Origin: Lachnoclostridium sp. UBA903
Lineage (GTDB): Bacteria; Bacillota; Clostridia; Lachnospirales; Lachnospiraceae
NCBI GenBank assembly: GCA_002294045.1
Contig: DBEP01000015.1
Coordinates: 9,276-32,000, forward strand
Length of the DNA: 22,725 bases
Reading direction: 5' to 3'
Part shown: piece after piece, positions 7,971 to 17,200 of the stretch
How the letters are laid out: every line of letters begins with the position of its first letter
Position numbering within the stretch: the first letter of the stretch is position 1
Program-made: the position numbers and the translations under genes
Notes under the pieces: model-generated
Database searches by the model: none
What the model was told of the DNA's origin: nothing
What the model saw: only the letters and a program-made list of their open reading frames with translations

Positions 7971-8813
7971 ATGCATAAAAAGAGTAAAATAAGACCAATA
8001 CTTTATCATACAATGGCAGTACTACTGGGATTTGTTATGATCTATCCGCTGCTGTGGATGATAATGAGTTCCTTTAAACCCAGTAATGAAATTTTTGCCA
8101 ATGCCGGCTCTTTATTTCCAAAAGAGTTTTATCCGTCTAATTATCCGACCGGATGGAGAGGATTTGGCGGTATCAGTTTTTCGGTTTTCTTTAAAAATTC
8201 TTTTGTAATTTCCGTGCTTTCTACGGCTGGCTCCGTTTTTTCTTCCGCCTGTATTGCCTATGGACTGTCCAGGCTCCGTTTTAAAGGAAGAAAAATATGG
8301 TTTGTCATGATGTTGCTTACCATGATGCTGCCTTTCCAGATAATCATGATTCCGCAATACATAATTTTTAACCGGGCCGGCTGGATTGGCACCATTTTAC
8401 CCCTGGTTGTGCCGGCGTATTTCGGCGGCGGATTTTTCATCTTCCTGATTATGCAATTTATATATGGAATTCCGAAAGATTTGGACGAAGCGGCTAAAAT
8501 CGATGGGTGTTCCTTTTACGGAATATTTGCAAGGGTGATAATGCCTTTGATTGTACCGGCACTGATTACTTCAGCCATTTTTGCATTTATGTGGAAATGG
8601 GACGATTTTCTTGCTTCGCTTCTTTACCTTAATAATCCCAGTAATTATACGGTATCGCTTGCTCTGAAAATGTTTTCGGACCCTTCCGCCCAGTCAGATT
8701 GGGGTGCCATGTTTGCCATGGCGACACTTTCCATTGTCCCCATTATGCTGATTTTCATTTTCTGTCAGAAATATCTGGTGGAAGGAATCAGTACGGAAGG
8801 ACTTAAGGGATAA
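7971..8813 (+). CDS. ABC sugar transporter permease (MalG/UgpE-type)
   Basis: The ORF is open from 7959. The N-terminus MHKKSKIRPILYHTMAVLLGFVMIYPLLWMIMSSFK is typical of the family, and the EAA-like loop DLDEAAKIDGCSFYGIFARVIMPL is present. Start could be the ATG at 7971 or at 7959; only a weak GGGTG SD-like motif lies upstream. Confidence 0.9.
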   Translation: MHKKSKIRPILYHTMAVLLGFVMIYPLLWMIMSSFKPSNEIFANAGSLFPKEFYPSNYPTGWRGFGGISFSVFFKNSFVISVLSTAGSVFSSACIAYGLSRLRFKGRKIWFVMMLLTMMLPFQIIMIPQYIIFNRAGWIGTILPLVVPAYFGGGFFIFLIMQFIYGIPKDLDEAAKIDGCSFYGIFARVIMPLIVPALITSAIFAFMWKWDDFLASLLYLNNPSNYTVSLALKMFSDPSAQSDWGAMFAMATLSIVPIMLIFIFCQKYLVEGISTEGLKG

Positions 8814-8921
8814 CGTCATGGAGGACCTGAAATATATTCCTGTTTCTTTAACTTATTTTTTTAAACAAACACAGAAAAAGGTGAGTATTTGCAAGCTTGA
8901 TTGTATCAGTGCATATGGACG

Positions 8922-8956
8922 AACGGCCGAAACTCCCGGAGCACGTTTCGGCCGTT
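8922..8956. terminator. Perfect 12-bp hairpin between convergent genes (possible bidirectional terminator; no clear U-tract)
   Basis: AACGGCCGAAAC (8922-8933) pairs with GTTTCGGCCGTT (8945-8956) around an 11-nt loop. It lies 38 nt downstream of nrdG on the - strand and about 110 nt downstream of the permease on the + strand. Neither side has a convincing T-run. Confidence 0.35.
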
Positions 8957-8993
8957 TGAAAGAATTGAGATATAATAAATCCGCATCAGAGAC

Positions 8994-9485
8994 TTAGTTC
9001 CTTATTACCACAAGTTTATTTCCGGACAAGGTTTTTTTTACGTCAATTACATTCTGGTTGCTGCTACCCTTCCAATGAAGCTGTTTATCCAGAAGGTCCA
9101 GCTGAAATCTGCCGTCTACTATGACATCCACCAGAGGGATAAAGGAAAGGTCTCTTATGTCCTCCCAGCCAAATCCCGTATAAAGCCAGATACTTTTCTC
9201 AGGAAAGAGCGTCTTTATCTCTTTTATTAATGTCCCGATGTCAGCCCGGTTGGCCGGATGAAGGGGGTCTCCGCCGGTTAGGGTAATTCCTTCTATGTAA
9301 TCTTTTTTCAGTTCATGAAAGATTTCTTCCTTTGCTGAATCATCAAAGAGAAGCCCGCCGCTGATATCCCAGGTGATGGGATTATGACAGCCCCTGCAGG
9401 CGTGGTTGCACCCGGATACCCATAAAACCACACGCAGTCCGCTGCCGTTAAGCATATCATCCTTGGTAATATTGTGGTACCGCAT
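8994..9485 (-). CDS. nrdG: Anaerobic ribonucleoside-triphosphate reductase activating protein (radical SAM)
   Basis: 163 aa. It has the N-terminal CNHACRGCHN (CxxxCxxC) cluster motif in the NrdG-typical context GSGLRVVLWVSGCNHACRGCHNP. Its ATG overlaps the nrdD stop as TAATG (9483-9487), which indicates translational coupling. Confidence 0.95.
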   Translation of the reverse strand: MRYHNITKDDMLNGSGLRVVLWVSGCNHACRGCHNPITWDISGGLLFDDSAKEEIFHELKKDYIEGITLTGGDPLHPANRADIGTLIKEIKTLFPEKSIWLYTGFGWEDIRDLSFIPLVDVIVDGRFQLDLLDKQLHWKGSSNQNVIDVKKTLSGNKLVVIRN

Positions 9486-11605
9486 TACATACTTTTCCTT
9501 TCCCGTATTTCTGCCATTTTGGCCTCGTTTAACCGGGTATCGCCCTTTACACGGGAGTAGGAAAGGTAGCCGTTCATACGGTCGATTTTAGTTAAATTCC
9601 TGCTGCCGCATTTCGGGCATACATCCATCTCAAGCTCCTGATGACCGCAGTCATCACAGTAGGCCAGGGATAAGTTGACGCCTTCATAAAAGCCCATGTC
9701 CATAGCCCGCCTTACCAGGGCTTTGATTGCATTAATATTATAGTTGACAGGGTATTTTACGTATTGGATTTTTCCGCCGTTGGAAAGGTCCCAGAAGCGG
9801 TATTCCAAATCCTGCTTCTGGATGGGAGTAATATCTTCCGTAACATGGCAATGGAAACTGTTGCTTACGTATTCCCGGTCGGAAACATTTTCTATAATTC
9901 CGTATTTTTTTCTGAACTGTTTTACCTGAAGTCCGCACAGGCTTTCGGCCGGGGTACCGTAAATCGCATAAAGACGGCCGTCTTCTTCTTTAAACTCCGT
10001 AATCCTCTTATTAATATACCTCAGTACCTCCAGTGCAAATCCGCCGTCTTCTACCAGGGACTTTTTGTTATACAGCTGCTGCAGCTCATTTAAAGCGGTA
10101 ATACCAAAGGATGCGGTGGCTGACTTTAAAACCGGTTTTATTTTGTCATGGATTCCAAGGCGGCCGCCGTAGAAACCGCCTTCGCAGTAAGCCAGAGGAT
10201 TGGTGGAAGCCCTCATTTCCCCCAAATATTCGAAAGTACGGATATGTAAATTACGGATTAAGTTCAGGTAATAATCCAAAACCTCATAAAAATCCCGGCT
10301 CTCCTGTCTGGATTTAGCCAGTATCATGGGGAGATGGAGGCTGACGGCACCAACGTTAAAACGGCCGATAAAAACAGGCGTATCCTGTTCATCAGCGGGC
10401 TTCAGGCCCCCTTCCCTGTACCAGGGGGACAAAAAGGCCCTGCAGCCCATAGGGCTGATAATTTCCCCGTATTTTTTATACATGCCGGCAACGTAACCTT
10501 CCCCGGTTAAACTAAGCCAGTCGGGATACATGGTTTTGCTGGAGCAGCGGATACCGGCTTCAAATACATCCTCTAATTCGCAGCCCTCCCCGTGGAGGTT
10601 TTTATCGTAGAGGAATACAATCTTTGGGAATAAAACAGGCTTTTTGCATTCTTTTTTGCCCTGGCCCCTTCTTCTGACATCCAATAAGGCAATGGCGGCC
10701 ATCTTAGCAAATTTGCCCGTACCCGTGCCGGCAGTAACGGTAATAAACGGATAATCCCCGCGGCTGGAGGCTACGGTGTTAAACTTATATTCCCAGCCCT
10801 GGAAGCCCTTTTCAAAATCTTCCTTGACGTCTTTTAAAGCTTCCGCTTCCGCCGCTTCAGGAGAAACACCCAGGTCCGTATACTTTTCATAAAATACGGC
10901 ATAGGATTTCAGGGCATAAGGCTCCAGCAAAAGGTCCACGCCGGGAACGGTAAAGCCGCCGTACTGCTGGCTGGCCGCACTAAGAACGATATCCCCGATA
11001 ACGTCAAATGCAACATTTAAGGTTTTGGGTTCATTGTACCAGAGGTTGCCCATTTCAAAGCCGCCCTTTAGAACCTGTTTTACATCAAATAAGCAGCAGT
11101 TCATGGTATCCCGTCTGGCCGACATGTCGTGTATGTAGATATATCCGTCCCTGGCGGCCTGGAGTTCTTCCGTTGTTAAGAAGAATTTCTGGTACAGCTC
11201 TTTATTCAGCTGGTTAAAAATTAAGCTTCGCTTGGTGGAAACCAGGGCACTGTCCGTATTGCTGTTTTCCTTATCGCCGATATACATGATGGACTGGCTT
11301 TTCTTATATACCTCGTCCAGCATATGTACAAAATCCTGTTTATAATTCCGGTAATCCCGGTAACTCTTGGCTACAAGAGGATTGGTCTGTTCCAGGGCAC
11401 TTTCCACGATATTATGCATCTCACTGATATAAATTTCATTTTTGTTTATTTCTTTTACTTTGTTTTCTACGAACCGGCATATGAATTCGTGTTCCTTTGG
11501 AGTAAATTTAATCAAAGCCCGCTGTGCGGATTTGTCAACGGCATGGATAACCTTCTGAACATTAAAATCCTCCTTGGTATTGTCTTTTTTTACCACTCTG
11601 ACCAT
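9485..11605 (-). CDS. nrdD: Anaerobic (class III) ribonucleoside-triphosphate reductase
   Basis: 706 aa. It has an N-terminal ATP-cone (MVRVVKKDNTKEDFNVQKVIHAVDKS), a C-terminal Zn-ribbon (CDDCGH...CPKCGS), and a glycyl-radical motif (RMNGYLSY). nrdG lies immediately downstream. Confidence 0.95.
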   Translation of the reverse strand: MVRVVKKDNTKEDFNVQKVIHAVDKSAQRALIKFTPKEHEFICRFVENKVKEINKNEIYISEMHNIVESALEQTNPLVAKSYRDYRNYKQDFVHMLDEVYKKSQSIMYIGDKENSNTDSALVSTKRSLIFNQLNKELYQKFFLTTEELQAARDGYIYIHDMSARRDTMNCCLFDVKQVLKGGFEMGNLWYNEPKTLNVAFDVIGDIVLSAASQQYGGFTVPGVDLLLEPYALKSYAVFYEKYTDLGVSPEAAEAEALKDVKEDFEKGFQGWEYKFNTVASSRGDYPFITVTAGTGTGKFAKMAAIALLDVRRRGQGKKECKKPVLFPKIVFLYDKNLHGEGCELEDVFEAGIRCSSKTMYPDWLSLTGEGYVAGMYKKYGEIISPMGCRAFLSPWYREGGLKPADEQDTPVFIGRFNVGAVSLHLPMILAKSRQESRDFYEVLDYYLNLIRNLHIRTFEYLGEMRASTNPLAYCEGGFYGGRLGIHDKIKPVLKSATASFGITALNELQQLYNKKSLVEDGGFALEVLRYINKRITEFKEEDGRLYAIYGTPAESLCGLQVKQFRKKYGIIENVSDREYVSNSFHCHVTEDITPIQKQDLEYRFWDLSNGGKIQYVKYPVNYNINAIKALVRRAMDMGFYEGVNLSLAYCDDCGHQELEMDVCPKCGSRNLTKIDRMNGYLSYSRVKGDTRLNEAKMAEIRERKSM

Positions 11606-11724
11606 AAATATATTCCTTCTTTCTTATACGTTTTATTCAGGAGCATGCCCGCCGTTTGGTATCGGACGGGGGACTTCTTTTTCTTTTGTCTGTAATCAAA
11701 TATTTGAATCAAATTTTGATTTTA

Positions 11725-11771
11725 TTACTATATACTGTGGTATTATATCATATAAACACTAGATATAGTAG
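11725..11771 (-). promoter_or_regulatory. nrdDG promoter with two NrdR boxes
   Basis: Box A is TTACTATATACTGTGG (11725-11740, 12/16 to the consensus ACACWATATATWGTGT). Box B is ACACTAGATATAGTAG (11756-11771, 13/16). Their centres are 31 bp apart. On the - strand an extended -10, TGATATAAT (11742-11750), lies between the boxes. Confidence 0.6.
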
Positions 11772-11879
11772 CCCCTTTTTTAAAAAATTGAAAATTTCTT
11801 TCAAGAGCCCTGAACAGAACCAATGCAGCCGGATACCTTTATCCTTCGGATATAAAAAAGGAAGTCCGGAAAGTAAATG

Positions 11880-11888
11880 TGGTATAAT
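11880..11888 (+). promoter_or_regulatory. Candidate extended -10 element (TGGTATAAT) for the ABC-F gene
   Basis: TGGTATAAT lies at 11880-11888, about 80 nt upstream of the ATG at 11970. I see no good -35 element. Confidence 0.35.
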
Positions 11889-11969
11889 AGCCCGAAATAT
11901 GGTATTCTTTTAAACAGCGGTAAAATATACTTTGAATTTAATGCAGTGGTATCAGAAGGAGTTGCAGAA

Positions 11970-13793
11970 ATGAATCTGTTAAACGTTGAAAAAATGAGCA
12001 AGAGCTTTACGGATAGAATTTTATTTGACAATGTTACCCTGGGAATTAACGAAGGGGATAAGATAGGTGTAATCGGTATTAACGGAACAGGAAAATCGAC
12101 TTTGTTAAAGATGATTGCCGGCCTGGAAGAGCCGGATGAGGGATGTGTGGTTAAGGGTAAAACCGTCCGGGTGGAATACCTGGCACAGATACCGGTTTTT
12201 ATGGATAACCTTACCATACTGGAGAATGTCATTACGGGGAAAAAAGCAGCGGAAGAATACCGGAACCTGGAAGGGGAAGCCAAAACCATGCTGCAGAAAT
12301 TTGGTATCCAGGAATACAACGGCAGGGTCGGTACCTTATCCGGAGGAGAGAAAAAGAGGGTTGCCTTAGTACGGACCCTGCTGACCCCCGCCGATATCCT
12401 GGTCTTGGACGAGCCGACCAACCACCTGGACAACGAGATGGCAGAATGGCTGGAGGAGTATTTAAATAAATACCAGGGTGCCTTTATCATGGTAACCCAT
12501 GACCGTTATTTTCTGGACAAGGTAACCAATAAAATTGTGGAAATTGATAAAGGAAAGCTTTATACTTATATTGCAAACTATACCAAATTCCTTCAGTTAA
12601 AAACGGAACGCGAGGATATGGAGCAGGCGGCGGAGCGGAAAAAGAAAAGTCTTTACCGTATGGACCTGGAATGGATGATGCGGGGTGCCAGGGCCCGTTC
12701 CACCAAACAAAAGGCACATATACAGCGCTTTGAAGAATTAAGGGACCGGAAGGTAATCGAAAAGGATAAAACGGTTGAACTAAATACCCTATCCGCAAGG
12801 CTGGGCAAAAAAACCGTTGAAATCAACCACATCAGCAAAGCCTACGGAGATAACTTACTAATCAAAGATTTTAATTACATCATGTTAAAGAAGGACCGGT
12901 TAGGCATTGTCGGCCCTAACGGAAGCGGTAAGACGACCCTTTTAAAAATCATTACCGGGAATTTGGAACCTGACGAAGGATACGTTGAATCAGGGGAAAC
13001 TGTTAAAATGGGATATTTTTCCCAGGAAAATGAATACATGGACCAGAATCTGAAAGTGATTGAATATATCAGGAATGTGGCAGAATATATAGAAACCGGC
13101 GAAGGCAGCGCCAGCGCTTCCCAGATGCTGGAACGGTTTTTATTTACGGGAGCCATGCAGTATTCCCTCATATCCAAGTTATCCGGCGGGGAAAAAAGAA
13201 GACTGTATCTGCTGAAGGTATTAATGGAAGCGCCCAATATACTCATACTGGACGAGCCGACCAATGATCTGGATATACAGACCTTAACCATACTGGAGGA
13301 CTATCTGGACAGTTATGACGGTATTGTATTGGCCGTATCCCATGACCGGTATTTCTTAGACCGGATTGTAAGCAGGATATTTGCTTTTGAAGGAAACGGA
13401 ATTATCAGCCAATACGAAGGCGGATTTACGGATTACAAAGAAGCAAGCGGGGGGAAGGACGAAGAGGTAGGTAAAAGCAGCGATACGCCCGTAAAAAACA
13501 GGGATAAGGGAAATGCAGCTTTATCCGGTAAAGGAAAACCCAAGGAAGTAAAATTAAAATTCACCTATAAGGAACAAAAGGAATTTGATGAAATAGATGA
13601 TGCCATTGCCGGTTTGGAGGACAGCATTTCTGTGCTGGATGCGGAAATGGAAAAAGAAGCGAGAAATTATTCCAGACTAAACGAATTAATGGCACAGAAG
13701 GATGTATTGGAAAGACAGCTGGAAGAAAAAATGGACCGCTGGATGTATTTAAACGATTTGGCGGAGCAAATTGAAAATGCAAAAAACAATTAA
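11970..13793 (+). CDS. ABC-F family ATPase (Uup/YfmR-like, with a C-terminal coiled-coil extension)
   Basis: Two nucleotide-binding domains and no TM domain. NBD1 has GINGTGKST, LSGGEKKRVAL and ILVLDEPTNHLD. NBD2 has GPNGSGKTT, LSGGEKRRLYL and ILILDEPTNDLD. A basic inter-domain linker (EWMMRGARARSTKQKAHIQRFEEL) and a charged helical C-terminus are present. I place the start at the ATG at 11970 (MNLLNVEK), with a GGAG RBS 8 nt upstream. The longer ORF from 11877 has no RBS and overlaps the promoter. Confidence 0.9.
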   Translation: MNLLNVEKMSKSFTDRILFDNVTLGINEGDKIGVIGINGTGKSTLLKMIAGLEEPDEGCVVKGKTVRVEYLAQIPVFMDNLTILENVITGKKAAEEYRNLEGEAKTMLQKFGIQEYNGRVGTLSGGEKKRVALVRTLLTPADILVLDEPTNHLDNEMAEWLEEYLNKYQGAFIMVTHDRYFLDKVTNKIVEIDKGKLYTYIANYTKFLQLKTEREDMEQAAERKKKSLYRMDLEWMMRGARARSTKQKAHIQRFEELRDRKVIEKDKTVELNTLSARLGKKTVEINHISKAYGDNLLIKDFNYIMLKKDRLGIVGPNGSGKTTLLKIITGNLEPDEGYVESGETVKMGYFSQENEYMDQNLKVIEYIRNVAEYIETGEGSASASQMLERFLFTGAMQYSLISKLSGGEKRRLYLLKVLMEAPNILILDEPTNDLDIQTLTILEDYLDSYDGIVLAVSHDRYFLDRIVSRIFAFEGNGIISQYEGGFTDYKEASGGKDEEVGKSSDTPVKNRDKGNAALSGKGKPKEVKLKFTYKEQKEFDEIDDAIAGLEDSISVLDAEMEKEARNYSRLNELMAQKDVLERQLEEKMDRWMYLNDLAEQIENAKNN

Positions 13794-13815
13794 ATTCAAA
13801 TCAGGAGGTATGAAC

Positions 13816-14262
13816 ATGACAAAAATTGAATTAGTAAGAGCAGAAATGGTTAAGGCTATGAAAGCGGGGGATAAGGGAAGAAAAGACGCCCTGTCCGCCT
13901 TGCTGACGGCACTTAAAAATGTGGCAATTGACAAAAGGGCCGATTTAACGGAGGAAGAAGAGAATGCCGCTGTAATGAAAGAAATCAAACAGCTGAAAGA
14001 AACTCTTGAATCCGCACCGGCAGACAGGACTGATATTATAGAAGAATGCAATATGAGAATATCGGTTCTCAACGAATTTGCCCCTCAGTTCCTCACAGAG
14101 GAGGAGATTAAAAAGGTTATCCATGAAGTACTGAAAGACCTTTCCATAGAGGAACCGTCGGCTAAGGACAGAGGAAGAATCATGAAGGAGCTTATGCCGC
14201 GTGTAAAAGGCAGGGCCGATGGGAAACTGGTAAATGAAATGGTTGCCGCATTATTTTCCTGA
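13816..14262 (+). CDS. yqeY: GatB/YqeY domain-containing protein
   Basis: 148 aa from the ATG at 13816, with GGAGG at 13804-13808 (7-nt spacing). The sequence MTKIELVRAEMVKAMKAGDKGRKDALSALLTALKN...KGRADGKLVNEMV matches the YqeY family pattern. Confidence 0.85.
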   Translation: MTKIELVRAEMVKAMKAGDKGRKDALSALLTALKNVAIDKRADLTEEEENAAVMKEIKQLKETLESAPADRTDIIEECNMRISVLNEFAPQFLTEEEIKKVIHEVLKDLSIEEPSAKDRGRIMKELMPRVKGRADGKLVNEMVAALFS

Positions 14263-17200
14263 TTAATGAAACGCTTTTGCGTGGATGATAAGGTTTCTGC
14301 CGCAATGTTTAAGCTCTTCCCCGGGAATTAAAATTCCTCCGGTCCTGTATGGATTGGTTAACACAAAAGCCGGAACAGCCTTTCCGCGGTCCGTTACCCG
14401 TAAGGTATTATCGGGAGCGATGTTATAATGAAACGTAAATGTTTTTCCATAGCACTGGTAGCGGAAGCTTAAACCGTTTAAGTCGCCGGGCAGAACCGGG
14501 TCTATGATGATACCGTCTTTTGAAAAACGGATGCCCAGGACATTGCTGACTAACTGTCGGAAATAGATACCCGGGCCGCTGGAGTACAAACGCCATCCGC
14601 CTTTGACCCTGATATCTCCGGTCTTTAGAAGCCCGAAGTTTTTTTCGTAATCGTAACGGTCCTTATAAGCTCCGTCGGAGCTGCTGAAATACAGGTTGCT
14701 CTGCCGGATACCGGCATTGGCAACACTGTTCCTTATCAGGATAGGATTTATGGTAAAAAGAGCATTCCAGGCCTCCTTGCCTTGGCCAAGCTTTGCCATG
14801 GCTTCAATATACCGGATATGGGCGTGGGTATATTGTAAACTGATTTCCCGCCCTACGTTGGCAGCCTGTTCCGCACGTTTAAACAAATGGCTGACACCGC
14901 CGTCATAGCGGGCCGGCCGGTCCATTAAGCGTACACCGTCAGGGCATTTTAAGTTAGCCTTTATGACGGAGGCATTTTTTTCTGCCTGCTGCTTATCCGC
15001 TAATTCGGCAATGATACTTCTGGTCATGGGCAGCAGCCGGTAGCGGATGCCGATGGTATCATCCGCAGGATGGAGCATATGTCGGCAGGAATCGCCCCAT
15101 TCCAGGAAGCCTGCAATAATTCCGTCCTTAATAAGCATATTGTGGAAAGCGTCTTTTACCAGACAGGAGAGAGAGTAAAATTCGCCGGATAATTCTTTAT
15201 CTGTATCGGCAAGGGCATTGCTTAAGGCGGTAAAGGTTTGGTAGGCAAGAGCAACGGTCCAGGAGCTTACCATTTTTACTTTCAGTTCTCCACTGGCCGG
15301 CTGCAGGGTGTCGTCCCAGTCTCCGCCGGCATAGGTGATAAGACCGGTATTCTTTACAAACCTGGTTTCTTTTAAATTGGAAAGTGCCCGGTGTATATGG
15401 TCCAGGAGAGCTGCCTGCTTATCCGGCTTATCTGCATAAGGCAGAATTTCCTGTAATATATCCTTATCGCCGGAAGCAAGGATGTAATCCGCAGTACATT
15501 TCAGCGGCCAGAATATAACATCGCCGTGGCATTCCCCGGCATGTATGGAATACCTGTCAAACATAAACCACTGGGGCCATTCCTTCGTTTCGTAATTCTG
15601 GCGGGAAAATATAATCAGCAGTATGCGTCTGAGAATGGTATAATTCCCGGTAGCCAGGAAAAATTCCATGGGCCCCTGGCAGATATCACGGGTACCCCAG
15701 GCGGCACCGCCGGGCTGTTCCAGTCCGTGGGGCATGGAGAAATGAATCATGGCATTATGGGCATACCACCAGGCTGTTTCGTTTAAAATGCCAATCTTCT
15801 CCTTATCAGCAGAAGATTTAAGGCGGAAATTCCGGATAAGCTTCCGGTAAAAATCCAGAGCCTTTTCTTTCTCGTCGGAAAAGACATAGCTGGTATTCTT
15901 TTGCAGTTCTTCCCCTGTCAGGGAACCCTTTATCAGGAGGCGGAAGCTGTTTTCCTTGAAGGAAAGGGTTAAAAAGGTCTCATCAAAAGCGGTTTCTCCC
16001 TCAAAAAATATCCTGTCGTCACTTGGCGTAAAGCCGACATCCGGAAGCAGTACGTCATAGTGAAGCCCGGGATAGACCGGATTATCCAGGGTAAAGCGGA
16101 TTCCCCCGTCTATGTCTGTATATTCTATGTCCCCGGTATACTCATTATTTCCCATAACCAGCTGGTTTGTAAGGATAAACTCATACCGGATGCGCTCCCG
16201 GCTTTTTACCTCCAGCATAATATCGGGGTCCGACACGGCGGTATAGGCCGTTACCGTGAGGATATCTTCCGGTAAATGATAATACCATCTGGAATAATTC
16301 ATTCCCATTTCAAACAGGCCCGGCAGGGTCAGCAGGCGGTATTGCCCGTTCAGACGGAGGTAAATACGCTGTCCGCTGTTCTTCATTACGTTTAAAAATC
16401 CCCTGGGTGTGGAAAAAAGCTTATGAAGGTCGGTATTGCCGATGGCTACATGGCTGTTGAAAATGCCGTACATATATTGGGTGGAGGAAATCAGCCGGCT
16501 GGTAACATCTGCGGTATCCGGCGGCGTAATGATGATTGTGCCGTGAGGCCTCTCGGTTAAAAGCTCTTTTTCCTTTGTCACGACGTGGGAATGTTCCCTG
16601 GTGAAGAAGGATAACAGGGTATTGTCCGTTACCTCTTCCAATTTCCTTTCCGGATAAAGGGCATTTATTTCAGCCTGGCTGAATGCGGGGGAGGAATAGG
16701 GGGAGCCGAATTCTTCCTTTATACGGACGGGCTTTACCGGAGCTGTTTTATGGGTTTCCTTCCGTACAGATTCATAAGCCGATATAATCTGCTCCCGGTA
16801 TTCTAATTCCCTGACGGCTTTTTTATGGTCAGGCAGGAAATATCCGTAAAAGGCAAAGGAACATTCTCCGTTTAAAGCAATCTTCTCTGTCTGCAGAGCG
16901 GTATAAGCAAATTCGTACTGGAGATTATAATCGGATAAATCGGAGTTTAGTATCTCAGGAATATCCGTATCTTTATAGGACAGCCCGAAAAACTGCAGGC
17001 CATCGGTGGAATAATGAATTACCTTTATTCCTACAGCTCCCTGTTGGATATAGGGAAAGGAATTTAGGGAAGGCAGGTTCTGCCTGGAACAAACCGCATA
17101 ACCGTCCGCATTTTCAAAAACCGCATGCCCCAGATACTCAGACGTATACAATTCGTTGGTATAAACACAGTCAGCCTCAGCGAGGCCGATATCCTGCCCG

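Noticed and set aside
8818-8997. 59-aa + strand ORF (MEDLKYIPVSL...) that starts 5 nt after the permease stop and runs into the nrdG stop.
   Set aside because: It spans a T-rich tract and the 12-bp terminator-like hairpin. It has only a weak AAGGGA upstream, no recognisable family and no hydrophobic or Cys pattern. It is more likely non-coding 3' UTR.
11648-11670. A hairpin (CCCGCCG...CGGACGGG) in the nrdD 5' UTR that could be a riboswitch or attenuator. On the + strand a T-rich tract follows it.
   Set aside because: The leader of about 120 nt is too short for a cobalamin riboswitch and I recognise no conserved riboswitch core. On the - strand (the transcribed one) no U-tract follows. No + strand gene lies upstream for it to terminate.
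11801-13291. Long antisense ORFs (11801..12490, 229 aa; 12875..13291, 138 aa) lie opposite the ABC-F gene and share an LVGSS-type peptide.
   Set aside because: They sit exactly opposite the two nucleotide-binding domains. Their similarity only mirrors the internal duplication of the ABC-F gene (the antisense of LDEPTN and the signature regions). They have no RBS and low-complexity Ser/Pro/Leu composition, and the sense strand has unmistakable ABC motifs.
11970-13793. Whether the ABC-F protein could be an antibiotic-resistance (ARE) ABC-F.
   Set aside because: The inter-domain linker is short and of the Uup type (EWMMRGARARSTKQK...). The protein has the long C-terminal coiled-coil typical of housekeeping Uup/YfmR rather than Vga/Lsa/Msr-type ARE proteins. 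A phylogeny would be needed to settle this.
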